A DNA stretch of 64,000 bases from Geosiphon pyriformis uo1 (Eukaryota; Fungi; Glomeromycota): contig JAAOMT010000561.1 in the NCBI GenBank assembly GCA_016748015.1, forward strand, positions 70,026-134,025, in the 5' to 3' direction. The notes below the pieces were generated by a model, which saw nothing but the letters and a program-made list of their open reading frames with translations, did not search any database and was not told the origin of the DNA. Shown piece by piece: positions 1 through 14,741 of the stretch (positions are counted from its first letter, which is position 1; each line of letters starts with the position of its first letter). Made by a program: the position numbers and the translations under genes.

Positions 1-120
1 TTAATTTATTTAAAATTTGTTTAAAATATATAAATTTTAACTTAAACTATTTAAACTTTTAAAATTTGGTTTAAACTATTTTAATTTTAATTTAAACTGC
101 TTGAAATTGTTTTTGTATTC
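1..120 (+). repeat. AT-rich dispersed repeat, homologous to the site into which LINE A inserted
   Basis: Positions 1-60 align with 9906-9929 joined to 16834-16870 (shared TGTTTAAAATAYATAAATTTTA and TTAAACTATTTAAACTTTT). Confidence 0.75.
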
Positions 121-1342
121 AAAGTTTATAATTTTACATATAACTTATATATAATTTACATATTTTTTGTAAATTAATGCTAATTTAATTTAATATTAAT
201 TAATAATAAAAAACAAAAAATTAAATAATTAAACAATTAAGTAATAAATCAATGGCAAAAAAATCCTGTTATGTTTATATTTGCAAACAAAAATGTATTT
301 AAAAAAAAAGTTTATTAAAAAACAAAAAAAAAGCAGTAAATATTTTTTTAGTGTCTTTTTGTTTTTTTTATGATTAGAAAATTAATAAAAAAAAAGGTTT
401 ATTTTAAAAACTTTAATAAAAATTCAGATTATGTAATATAAATTTGGTTATTAATTTATTTAAAAGCTTTAAACAGTTAAAAATAAATACAAGACTTATT
501 TTTTAAATATTATTAAATTTGGAATTTAAATTTTTTAACAAAAATATAATAAAATAACAAATAAGAATTGTTTTTATAAAAACAACTTTAAATTATTGTA
601 AGTTAATAAAAATGTTATATGCATTTTAACCAAAATAATAAACACTATTATTTATAGAATTATTGTGTATTAACATAATAAAAAAATTAAAATAAAATAA
701 AAAAGAACTTATAATTAAAAATAAATGCATACAAAAAAAACTTAAAAAAAAGTGTATAAAATAGACCAAAGAAAAAACTGGCAACTTAATAAAAAATAAA
801 ATCCGATTATTTTTTTCCTTGATTAGCTTATAAAAGTAAAATTAAAGACAAATATCTTGTAGCCAATACATAAAAAGCACTTAGAATAAGTGTATAAAAA
901 AGAAACCGGTTATTTAACAACCAGCAAAACTCCTTTTCAAAAAACAACAGTAATACAATAAAGATGAAATGAAGTTTTATAGTAATGAACAACAAATCAC
1001 CAAAAAAAAAAGATGCTAGTTTTATGTTCATGATTTCTGAAGAAAAATTGTACTTTATTAAATCACACGTAAATTCCACTAAAATTACAATTGCAATATT
1101 TAATTTGGGCTGAAATTAAAACACATTCAGGGATCTTTTTTAACCGCTCTCTTTTTAATACTTTCATTAGAATTGAATTTGCAGATCCAATTTTTTTAAA
1201 TAAATAAAATTAATCTTAATCTGAGGATTCGTAAAATTATAATACAACCTCTGAATCATAACTGTATAAAAGATCGAACACACTCTTCAATACAAAGACA
1301 TCGAAATATTTTGAAAATCTCTAGTAAAAAGCGAAGTATTGT

Positions 1343-3680
<2,338 letters not shown>

Positions 3681-4027
3681 GAGTTCGGCTAACTACCTGA
3701 TGTGTGTAAGAAAAAGGAGAAGCAAAGACAAGTGGAAAGACTTAATGAGCGAGAATTGGAAATTTAAGATTATCCAATGTAATATATTTTCGGGCTGAAT
3801 TGGGTCAAGGCTCATCATCCAAATGCATCATCATTGCATCAGGGATAAAATTCATTCGCCTATTTTGGACAACTCTAAATTTTTTTCCGGTTTTTTACAA
3901 TATATTCCAATACGAACACACTATCATGCGATATTCATCCTCAGCTTGCATGAAACTCCTTGATATTTCGATCACCATTAAATAAGGATACATAAATAAA
4001 TAAATTAATATATCTCCGCATCTATAT

Positions 4028-6483
4028 TTACAAAAACTCTTTCGGACGACCACCAGTGCCACCAGCTTCGTCATACACAAGACCTCCGACCTTGAATGCT
4101 AATTTATCGCATTCTTGGCGAGTAGCTGCTTCCGCATATACACGAACAACATCTTCTGTGCCAGATGGTCTATATTAAAATATATACGAGGATTAATTAC
4201 TATTATGGATTCGAAACATACTAGATATTTCATTACCTTATAAACGATCGACCTTTTTGGTATTGTGCAACCAAGAAATCTAATTTTTCTTGCAAGCCTT
4301 CAGGCTCCAAAAGCTTTCTCTCAGCGTCTATAGTCTTAAATATATGTCTATCGGAAACCTATAAATCAAAAGGAGAATAATCATAAAATTCAAAGGCGAA
4401 AACCCAATAAAAACAGGATATGTTCTTACGGTAACTTTCACCAAGCGATTTGGTAGATCTGTATAAGCTTGATCCCAATTTTTTAAACTCCATTGTCTAT
4501 GGGTGAGAATGGCTTCGACAAGTAATAAGTCAGAAAGTGCATCGCCTACAGTTTGATTGATCAAATCTATTAAAGCACGCAATTGCTTTAAGGCGGTGTT
4601 CTGGGACGAGGTATTTCTATTGAATTTTTGACTTAGAAGATCCATTTAAAATAAATATATGACATGAATATATTTGTTGTTTACCCTGTTGCAGTTCGAA
4701 TGGTATTCTGCACCTGTGAACTGAAAAGAATAGTTCCATGACCATTGGCTTCAAAATAAACACCAATGTCATACTTTTCAGCTTCATGATGAAGATGTTT
4801 GACACCGGTGGGAACACAAGCGACGGGAACTCCCTAAAAATATATATTAGTAATTAAAAAAGTATCTTTAGGATTTTATTATTATTATTATTATTATTAT
4901 TATAATTATTATTAATAAGCCGTACCAAAACTTTTGTAAGATACTCGGTTGAACTACCATTGGCGTAGGCAGTCTGAACGACACCGACATTAATGCCTTC
5001 AATACCCGCAGCTTTAACAAGATCAATAATAAAGCCGGCAGCTAGACTAGCAATCTTGTCACCGTCAAATAGTCGAAAGGAACCGTCTGAAATAAAGAAT
5101 ATCAAGTGAACAAAAATTTTAAATGTATTGATTTAATCAAAATTAAATTATTACCTGCATCCAGGTAATAATAAACAATTCGATCTGCATCTCCATCTAG
5201 TGAAGCCGCACGTTGTTCTTTAGGCAAATCTAATCCAAATGGAGGTTTTTGTTGAGTTTTAACAAAATCAGCACCACACTAATTTCATAGGATATTGAAT
5301 GGTAAACGTGTTCAAAAATATTATATTCAAAAAATGAACAAAGGTAAAAGATAATATTTACATTATAATTTAATTTACCCCTGGTTTCAACATCATCATT
5401 AATGATGTTGACTTTTAGTGCATCTTCACCAATGAATTTCCAAAGTTCGCGAAGTTTGGGTCCTCCTACCCCATTCGCTGCATCAACATTAATCGGAGAA
5501 AGACGAGGTTTTCCTTCCTGGAAATTGATTTACGATCAGATGTATCCACTTAGGAACCCTTTATCTGAATTAGAGGCTCAAACATTTACCACAACTTTAA
5601 GATAAGCCGTTGCGAGTTTTTTATAATAGCCATCTTCTGTCGATTCACCATATGAATCTGGAGTGCCTCGAGTGTTATAGGCCCGAACGAAGTAATGAAG
5701 TTGAGGTGTGGTTTTAATACCAAAATCAATCAATTGGGCCCCAGCAGCTTTTAAACCATCTTCGAGCGCTTCAACCAACTTTGGGCCACTTGGTCTAATT
5801 AGGCGAAACAAAATCACCATCCAATTAAATTTGACAAAAATCTTATAACCTGATCATTAACCGATTTTAAATACCTAGTGTCTCTGGCATAAACAACTAT
5901 AGCGTTTTCCGATGGCTCGATATCATTTACGGCGATAATATTTTTAACCACATCAACTAAAGCATCGGCACTGGTGGAGTTCGCTAATTGAGTAGCGTAG
6001 TCTTCCCAAGCTTGTTCGAGCATTTCACCTCGGGGGTCAACAAGCTTGACGCCATTATCCTAAATTGAACCATAATTCAGCAATTAATAATAATATTGTA
6101 TATGCTAAAAATCAATCTTAAAGAAATAAAGTTAATTAAAATTTTCATATATCACCTCCTCAGGATTGTGGGAAGCTGTTATCATAACACCAATAGTTTT
6201 TGAGTTAAATTTCTTTGAACGAAGCGCGGCCAAGATTCCGACTCGAAAAAGAACAGAGTCCAACAAGTTCGCTCTTTGAGGAAGAACCAAACCACAAACA
6301 TTAATTTTCATCAAAACTAGCTGCAGCTTCTTACCCCTAACAAAAACCTCCAACTAAAGTACGGGGAATCTTTCACCTTGTACGAAACCCGGCTGTTCCA
6401 TAACTGTAAGTGATGTTCGCAGGCTTAGGGTGACGAAGAGCGGCTTCTTTGAGTTTTATATAGTCAAATGTAGGTAAAGACAT
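4028..6483 (-). CDS. PCM1: Phosphoacetylglucosamine mutase (multi-exon)
   Basis: Motifs across exons: [17 protein letters not shown] (catalytic Ser), [51 protein letters not shown] and [18 protein letters not shown] at 6481-6483, stop at 4028-4030. Confidence 0.96.
4876..4914. repeat. (TTA)n microsatellite in a PCM1 intron
   Basis: Visible tandem ATT run. It accounts for the poly-Asn in ORF 4854..5105. Confidence 0.9.
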
Positions 6484-6639
6484 GGTTTGTTCCAAGTTCA
6501 ACTGAACTACGGGTACTTTGAGGATTGATCGGTAGATCTTTAGAAATTCTATCGTCCCCAGCATAAATTAACTGTTACGCAAAGATCTGGATTTGAAGGA
6601 TCATAACTGGTAAGGTACTTAATCAGTCAAAAATATTAT

Positions 6640-9600
6640 TTTTGTCAATTACAAAGCTTAAAAATTATTATTATTAAGTAAACATATTTTTTAATTAAAA
6701 AAAAATTTATGGGAATTATATACAATTTTAAAATTCTATATAATTGCCAAATTTATTATATAAATATTATTTACATACCAATAGCATTTTTTTTAATAAC
6801 TTAAAATTTAAGTTTTAAAGAGAATTTAATGTTATTAGTTATTATAATTTATGTATTATTTACATATAACTAGTTATTTAAGTCAATTCAAATTAAACTA
6901 AGTTAAACCAAAAAAAGCAAACTTACTTAAAAAAATATTTTATGCAAAATTATAGTTAAACTACTATTATTAAGAATTAAACCAATTGATTATATAGTAA
7001 TTTTATTTATTTTAAACTTAATATTAAAAGCTTAAAGTTTTTAAAATATTATTAATTTAATAAAAAAATTTTTATTTACAAAAAATCCAAATAAATATTA
7101 AATATATTATTTTTTGGCAAAAAATTCAAATTATATTTTACTTGTTTTTTTGTATAAATTATTAATTATATTAAATATATTAATATTTTTATCAATTACA
7201 AAAATTTTTTTATTGAACTTAGTATTTAAAAAAAAAAAATTAATTAATTTAATAACCAAAAACATTAAAACATTAATAGATTTAATAACTAATTTTTAAA
7301 TAATAAAATATATTAATTGTTAAATAGCTATTAAATATAATTATGTAAATTTTATAATGTTTTTTTACTTAAAAATTAAAAAAATTATTAACTTTTATTT
7401 TTAAAAATTTATTATTTGTAAATTTAAGATTGAGTTTTAAAAATATTAATTTATATTAACTTTAAAACATATTTTATTATTATATTTAAAAATTTTTTTG
7501 TAAATAAAAATATATAAAAATTTGAAAAAAATATATATAACATAAAATAAATTATTATTTATCATATTAATTAAATATTGTAAAATAAAATAAATTATTA
7601 ATAATCCGAAAATATTTTTGCTGATATTAAAATTATAAAATATAAATATTAAAATAAAAACATTTTTAAAATTTTTTAAAATTAAAATAAATTAATAACT
7701 TAGATAATAATATAATAAATTAATAAATTATTTTGACCAAAATTAATATACTTATAATTATCTAAAAATATTAATTACAAAAATTATTTGTTTATTATTA
7801 TTAAATTAAATATTATATAAAAATTTTTAATATTTGTAAAAAAATTTTGGTATTTATTAATAAAAAATTAATTAAAAAAATAGATAAATATAAATAATAT
7901 TTTTATTTCTAATTAATAATAAATTAATAATATTTTTTAAATTATATAAACTTTTATTATTAAAATATTTTGTGGTTTCACTAAGAGTCATAGGTCTGAT
8001 ATTTGGTTGTCTGTGGCCAAATTGAGAGCCTTCTATAAAAAGCACTGTCTTTTATCATGTGATAGATCTGCTATACTGTTGGTTACTGGTTTGTTGAGCT
8101 TTTGGGCTGTTGGCATCATCTATAGTCTTGGTATTAGGTTAGGTATTCATATGCATTTTGGTTTGTGTTCCCATCTCGCTGGTTTGAGTTTCAGTTTCCT
8201 GAGCAATATTTCTTCATTAAATTCTATAAGTGCATAGTGCTGCCTTGACTAGACTGAGTGTCTAGTCACATATAGAAAAAGCATAAACCACACTTAGTTT
8301 AGAATCTTGTTTGATTTTATGTATCTAGATAGTAATTGGGCTGCACTCGTAAAATTTGCTAAATAAATAAAAAAATATTTTTGAATAAGTATTAATATAG
8401 TATTTAATTTTATATTACTAATAATTTTAATATAATTAATATTAATTTTATAATTAAAATTAATGTTTAATATAATTGTTTTTATGTTTATTTTATTTAT
8501 TTTTTTATTTTTTTATTTTATTTCTTTTTACTAAAATACTTAATTAGAATATTTAATACATTATTAAAAAATTATATAAATTTTTATATAATTTAATAAA
8601 AAACCAAATATGTTTTTGAATATTTGAATTTTTTTAATAAAAATTTTGATTAAATTAAAAAAATTTTTAGTATAATATCTTAATAATCACATAAAATTCA
8701 ATTTAATAAGTTGTAATTTAACTAATTTTTGCATATATTTAATAAAAAAAACATTGTGTAAAAAACTTTATAATCTGAATTATCTTAATATAAAATATAT
8801 TAGATAATAATAAATAAAAAAATTTTAATTACTATTATAAATATTGTTATTTAAAAAAATTATTAAAAAATATATTAATAGTAAACAATTTTGTTAAATT
8901 ATTATATTATTAATTTTTAAATCTTAAAAATTTTTGATAATATTAAAATATCTGATTGTTTATATATAGCTATAATTAATAACTTTGTTTTTAAAAATTA
9001 GTATAAAAATTTATTTTTAACTTAATATATAATTTGATTATTAATTATAAAAATTATATTTAGTTGTTAAATTTTAAGCTTAAAATAAAATATAAAAAAA
9101 ATTTAATTGTAAATAAAAATTTTATTTTAATTAATAATTATAAATTAATAATTATTAAGTTTGAAAATTCTATTATAAAAAAGTTTTATTTAGAATTTAT
9201 TAGTAAATTTTAAGTTTATAAAAAATTATAGTTTATTTTAAATAAGTTTTATAAATTTTTATAAAACTTAGTCTATTAATATTAATTAATAAATAGTATA
9301 GTTTTATTTTATTTAAATAATTAATTATACTATTATAAAAAAATTTTTATTTCTCTAATTATAATTAATTTATTGTTTATTATTTTTATATTATTAAAAT
9401 TTGATATAATTTGTTAATACAATATTATTTATTAATATTTAAATTTAAGTTATTTAAACAATTATTATTTAATTTTAGTTATAAAAAATTATTACTTTTT
9501 AAAATCCCAAATTTTAATAACCACTTTTTATTAATTACTAATAATAATATTTATTTTAAATTTAATATTTTAAAATATAAATTAATAATTAATAACTAAA

Positions 9601-9929
9601 TAATTACAAAATTTATTAAATATAGTAAATATGAAATTTATTTTTAAATTAATTATTTTAAGTTAAAAAAAAATTGTTTTTGTGAATAAAATTTTTATTT
9701 TAAGTATAAAAAATATTATATTTATTATAAAATACATTTTTTAAAACAAAAAAAATTTTTTTATACAAATTTTTATTGTATTATTTTATGTTTTTAAACT
9801 TTTTGTTTTTACTAAAATATTTGTTAATTTTTGTAAATAAATATAAATTTTTATTATGTTATTTATTATTTTAAAAAACTTTAATCTCAATTAATTAAAT
9901 TTTGTTTAATTTTTTTAAAATCTGTTTAA
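6640..9929. other. Extreme AT-rich spacer (contains the 7972-8371 LINE fragment)
   Basis: Almost no G or C and no credible ORFs. Similar tracts lie at 1-780, 16834-17171, 23916-24250, 34080-34843, 36151-36420, 45670-47893, 55834-56597 and 63352-64000. Confidence 0.85.
7972..8371 (+). mobile_element. 5'-truncated LINE copy (end of ORF2, 3'UTR and A-rich tail) with 10-bp TSD
   Basis: SDIWLSVAKLRAFYKKH matches the ORF2 ends at 34977-35288 and 56730-57000, and the 3'UTR is shared. AAAATATTTT is duplicated at 7962-7971 and 8372-8381. Confidence 0.88.
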
Positions 9930-10063
9930 TTTTTTTTTATTAACATTTAATGAATGTAGTCCAATCGCTATCTAGTACATAGAACCAAACTAAGAGGCTC
10001 AAACTAAATGTGACTCACGTACTTTCTACATGTGGCTAGCCACTCAGACCAGACAAGACAACA

Positions 10064-13000
10064 CTACACATTTATAATTACCCGCACATTGCCACCCAGA
10101 CCAGAAAAAAAACAATAAGGCTTCCGATGACCAAAGCTAACAGCAAAGGAATTGGCCACACCAAGCAATCTCACAACACCATCAGACAAAACCAAAAACA
10201 CACCACAAGGGAGCCCAGAAACAACACCAACATCACAGACCAGACCAGCTTTCTCCATCACCACCCAGTGGCTGGCCCTAGCCAACCATACTCTAGCACG
10301 ATGTAACCCAACAACAAACCTGACATAATTAACAATCCGAGCAGCAGCCACCTTTCTATCCTCAAAAATACCATAAGCCTCCTCATACCACTTCTTTAGC
10401 ACAAACCCTTTGCACACCAAAGTGTACAGCCCAACATCAATGGAACATTGAGACAAAACTCGCAACACGGCAAAAGCAGGGGAACCACCAGCCAAAGCTG
10501 ACCAACAGACAGAAGCCTCCGCCAAAATCTTACCATGGACACCAGACTCATGAACACAAGTAAAAGCGTGGTCAGAGAACTCCACCTCATCACAAAACAA
10601 ACACAATACACTAGGATAGCACTTATCATACAACCTTTTCCTTACCGCCACCAGCAACCTCCTGTGCACAGCCTTCATAACATAAGTGTGAAGCGTTGAG
10701 GATGCGCAGCTAGTAAACCCAGCAAGCATATGAGAATCAGGATACCACATCTTTGCCATGACAACCCAGTTTATGCAACCAATCATCGCATCTGGAACCA
10801 CATCACAACCAGGCCCAGCTTCTCAACGAGCACAACAAATCGATTGAAAAATATTCCTGACAAAATGACGGGCATTACCAGAAACAGCGACACCTTCAGC
10901 AACCAAAAAATGTTCACGCACATCAGCACAAAGGGAAAAGGGAGACCCAGAGGCAGCCCCAGCAGCCAAGTCAGCTTTCACATTACCAGGAATCCCAGAG
11001 TGACCTTTCACCTTAATCCAACTCACACTAAGATTCTTATCCCTGACCAAATTGAAAATATGCCGCCTTTCCAGCCAGCATTGATTACGGAAATCAGGGG
11101 CAACCAAAGACATCTCAGACACACATACGTCAATGGCAGCCTGGCTGTTAAGACATAACACCACAGTACTTAAAGAAAGAACACACTCCAAAGCCAAAGC
11201 GACAGCCTGTAATTCAGCCATAGTAGATGACAAAAGACCACAAACAGTGACACCAATGCTTTTATCCAAGACTGAAAAGTATGCAGCAGCACCACAGGTG
11301 ACCTCAGCAGAGCCTGCCTTCCTTAAAAACCCATCTGTAAAAACCTCAAAAAAGCCCGACCAAATGTCATGTACTCCATTTTTTACCACAGAAAATTCCT
11401 CAGACCCCAAAATGTCCAAACCAAGCTTTTCCGCAGAGCCAATAGAACCAGAAAATGAGTAACCCTGACTCTCCAAAAACTCAGAAGAAACCATGAACCA
11501 GTGAAGCACAGGGCCACGCAGATCCAACCTTTTCCAATGACAAAAAGTTTTCCAATCCAACAAAACGCCATTCTTGTCAAAAAGCCGATCACCAAAAATG
11601 ACACCAAAACGTTTAAGAGATTTGACCAAATCAAAATACAGAGACTTTCCAAGAACAGAGGACAACGGAAACCGACCAGGACTACGAAATGCAGTGGGGA
11701 GGTTGTTCACCAAAGCAAGCTCATTGCCCAGAAAGATCTTCACCATCCCAGCCAAAAAATTGTTCACTGGACTAATACGCAATCTGACCGGAAACTGCAA
11801 AGGATCCAAAGGAGCTCAACCAAGAACCTGTAGGTCCAAAAACCTATGTCTAAACAAATGCCCAAGAATACCAAAGGCATTAGAGAATGCCATCAAAGCA
11901 GCAATCTTCCCTTCTGATTGCACCTGCTCAAAAGGCTTTAAGCCATACAATGAGAGATGATGCAAAGCAGCGTTAGGAAAATCATGGGGGAGACAAGCCT
12001 TGGACCTAAGACCCTTTCTAACCAAGACATCCCACTTGCAACAAACATTAGATAAGACAAAACTGAACTGAATACGATAGCTAACAATGGGCTGTAAAAC
12101 AACCGACACCAGATAGGAAAATTGTTTGTCTGTAATAGCCTTCCTAAGCACAACATTGATGAAGAAACGTACATCCGCATGAGCCTTGGCAACACTTGGC
12201 TTGGAGAGCCCTTCAGTTGACAGAAAAATACCAATGTGCTTCCCCTTTCTTGGCAATAGAAATTGGCTGACCACAAATGTTCAGTGAAGCAACTTTAACG
12301 CCTTGATTAATGAGAATAGCTACTGTCTTCTCACTATTGATAGAAATATCATTGATCACAAAAAATTTACTGGCAATGTTCAGAGCATATTAAGTAAAAG
12401 CTTGACAATTTCCAACCCAGATCATATCATCAACAAATGCACTGGCCGAAAAATATGATGTCATACCACTACCACTCTCAATTCTGCCAGATTTTGAAAC
12501 AAACTTAATATTAATCTGGTACCCACACAATTGTTCGTGCCTCTTAACTTCACACAAAAGCGGATCATAAAAAATTCTCCAAAAAAGTGGCGAAAAGACC
12601 TCACCCTGATCCAGCCCATCATGTACCTTATAATCATTAGACAAACCAAAGTTAGTCATTACCCTATTAACTCTATCCTCATGAATACTACCAAAAAACC
12701 TTATGAACCTCTTACACATCTTGACACGTTGCAAACTAGCTCTCAAATGATGCCACTTAACTGAATCATAAGCTTTCCGCATATTTTGCAAGACCAACCA
12801 TAACTCCCTATCTTTCTCAATGGCATCCTCAATCACCGACCCGACAGCAAACACTGGAGATTGTGTTGACATACCCTTCAGCACTAAAAAGTTGTCACCC
12901 TGAAGAACATTGAACTTGCTACAAGCCATTACAATATGATCAGACAAAATCTTGGAAAGAATCTTCCTGGCAGTCTCAATCAAAGCAATGGGCCGAGTGT

Positions 13001-14741
13001 TCGTAAGAACTCCATCCCAGTCATAAGGCTTAGGAATCATTGACACCCAAGCCCTCTTCCACAAAACAGACACCACACCAACAGACAAACATTTATTAAA
13101 CAGTGCCAACAGGCACCCTAAAACCACCTCACCACTATGTTTTCACAACTCATTAAGAACACCAGACAAACCAGCAGCCTTGCCATTAGGAAGACCACCA
13201 ACAACAGAAAGTAACTCGCCCATACTGATTGCACTTATAACACCTGAAAAAGCATCATTCTGGACATGGTCCAAAAACGCGTACTAACGAGCCCAAAAAC
13301 CAGGAAGCACTGACTGCACGGAGCATTTCCTCGTCCATCCCTCCATTATTCTATCCACACTGGACTTCACCTCTTTAGGCAACAAAACCAGATCATCATC
13401 AACTATCAAGTGATCCAACACAACCTTGCAAAAAGGCTTTTCCAACACACTCCTGATCATACTACCCTTATCTGAACAGAAATTATCTATGCACTTCTCA
13501 ATCGCCATCCTAACCAAAGCTTCCTCAGCCAATCTTGACTCAAACATCTTCGACCTTCTGTACTCTCTGCAAACCAATGACAAATGCCTAACAACAACAT
13601 CAGATTTAACACCCAAGCCAACCAAATCCTTGAAAGCATGAGCCTTTGCGTCATCCAGAGTTGATCATTTACTCACAAGACGATTAGCACCCAGCAAGTT
13701 ACCAGAGCAAAATTTTTTGACAATCTTGGCCACCAACAATTCCAGACCAAAAAACCTAGAAAAATGTTTGTTTCTCGAACACTTGAATTTACTAAACCAA
13801 TGCCTTGAAAATGTCACATCAGCAGAATCCACCACAGCTCCCACCAAAACTGCCCACATAGCATCTACATCACCATGTATTTCGGCACCAGAGAACACCT
13901 CACCCAAAGACAAAAGTTTAGCTAACGAGAGATCCTTAAACTTAGCCCATCCAACACAGTCAGCATTCTTGATTTTGAACTTCCAATGATCTTTATTTGC
14001 CTGCTTGCGCAAACTATTCAATTGTACATCCAGAAGCCCATCCAAATCAACTGAAACCACAACTGCCTTGTAATCAGTGTTAAAGAAATCTGAAACAGAG
14101 GCAACTTGATGACCAGCAACAGCAGAAGACAAATTACTACCAACAAAAATGTAATCAATCATTTTCCCAACCCCTCTCGAATTGCTCCACATATAAGAAT
14201 TAGCCAAATGATGACCAACAAATGAATTAACCAAACCCAAACTCAAACAAAACTTGAAACTAGCACTTCTACCAAATTCATTCTCATTAAAGTCCCCACC
14301 CAAGATAACAAAATTGCTGGAGTTGACTGCCTTTGCAATGAGAGAGTTAACTTCGGAAGCCTGACCAAATCTAGCCCTAGAGGAGGCACCAGCATACAAC
14401 CCCAAAACAGTAACCGAGAGCTTGCCCTTAAACAGGAGCTGAACAGAAATAACCCAACCAAGAATCTTCTCCACCTTAGATACATGACGGGCCAAAGAAA
14501 TGTTCATAACAATCGCAACTCCAGCACCCATAAAACCCTTATCCAAGCCAGAAGAAAATATTTGCATTCCATCAAATTTGTCCTTTATCCACAGTCCAGA
14601 AGAGGACCTCAACTTAGTCTCAGTGATAAAAGAAACCATATTCTCCGAGTTCACATGCCAATGAACAACATCTGTTTGCTTTGCAGGAACATTGATACCC
14701 TGAACGTTGCACGTAGTAAACTTCCAAACCAAACTACTCAT
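10064..14741 (-). pseudogene. LINE A ORF2 (APE endonuclease, reverse transcriptase, RNase H, CCHC), interrupted
   Basis: APE: TCNVQGIN, ITETKL, ILGGDFN, IDYIF. RT: RPIALIETARKILSK, KAYDSV, QGEVFSP, AFVDD. RNase H: VFTDG, AELQAV, KVKGHSGIPGN. Knuckle: CLFC..DHAFTC. Six premature stops and a small deletion near 12250. Confidence 0.93.

Noticed and set aside
7114-9599. Short ORFs in AT deserts (also 828-1079, 33869-34075, 37959-38243, 38477-38752, 47801-48097, 51843-52034)
   Set aside because: They are compositional artefacts rich in K, N, I, L and F, with no domain signal.
9945-10066. Hammerhead or hairpin ribozyme in the LINE 3'UTR (CTGAG...GAAA)
   Set aside because: The CUGANGA core is absent, CTGA is not conserved in all copies, GAAA sits in a hairpin loop and hairpin-ribozyme loop A/B consensus is not found.
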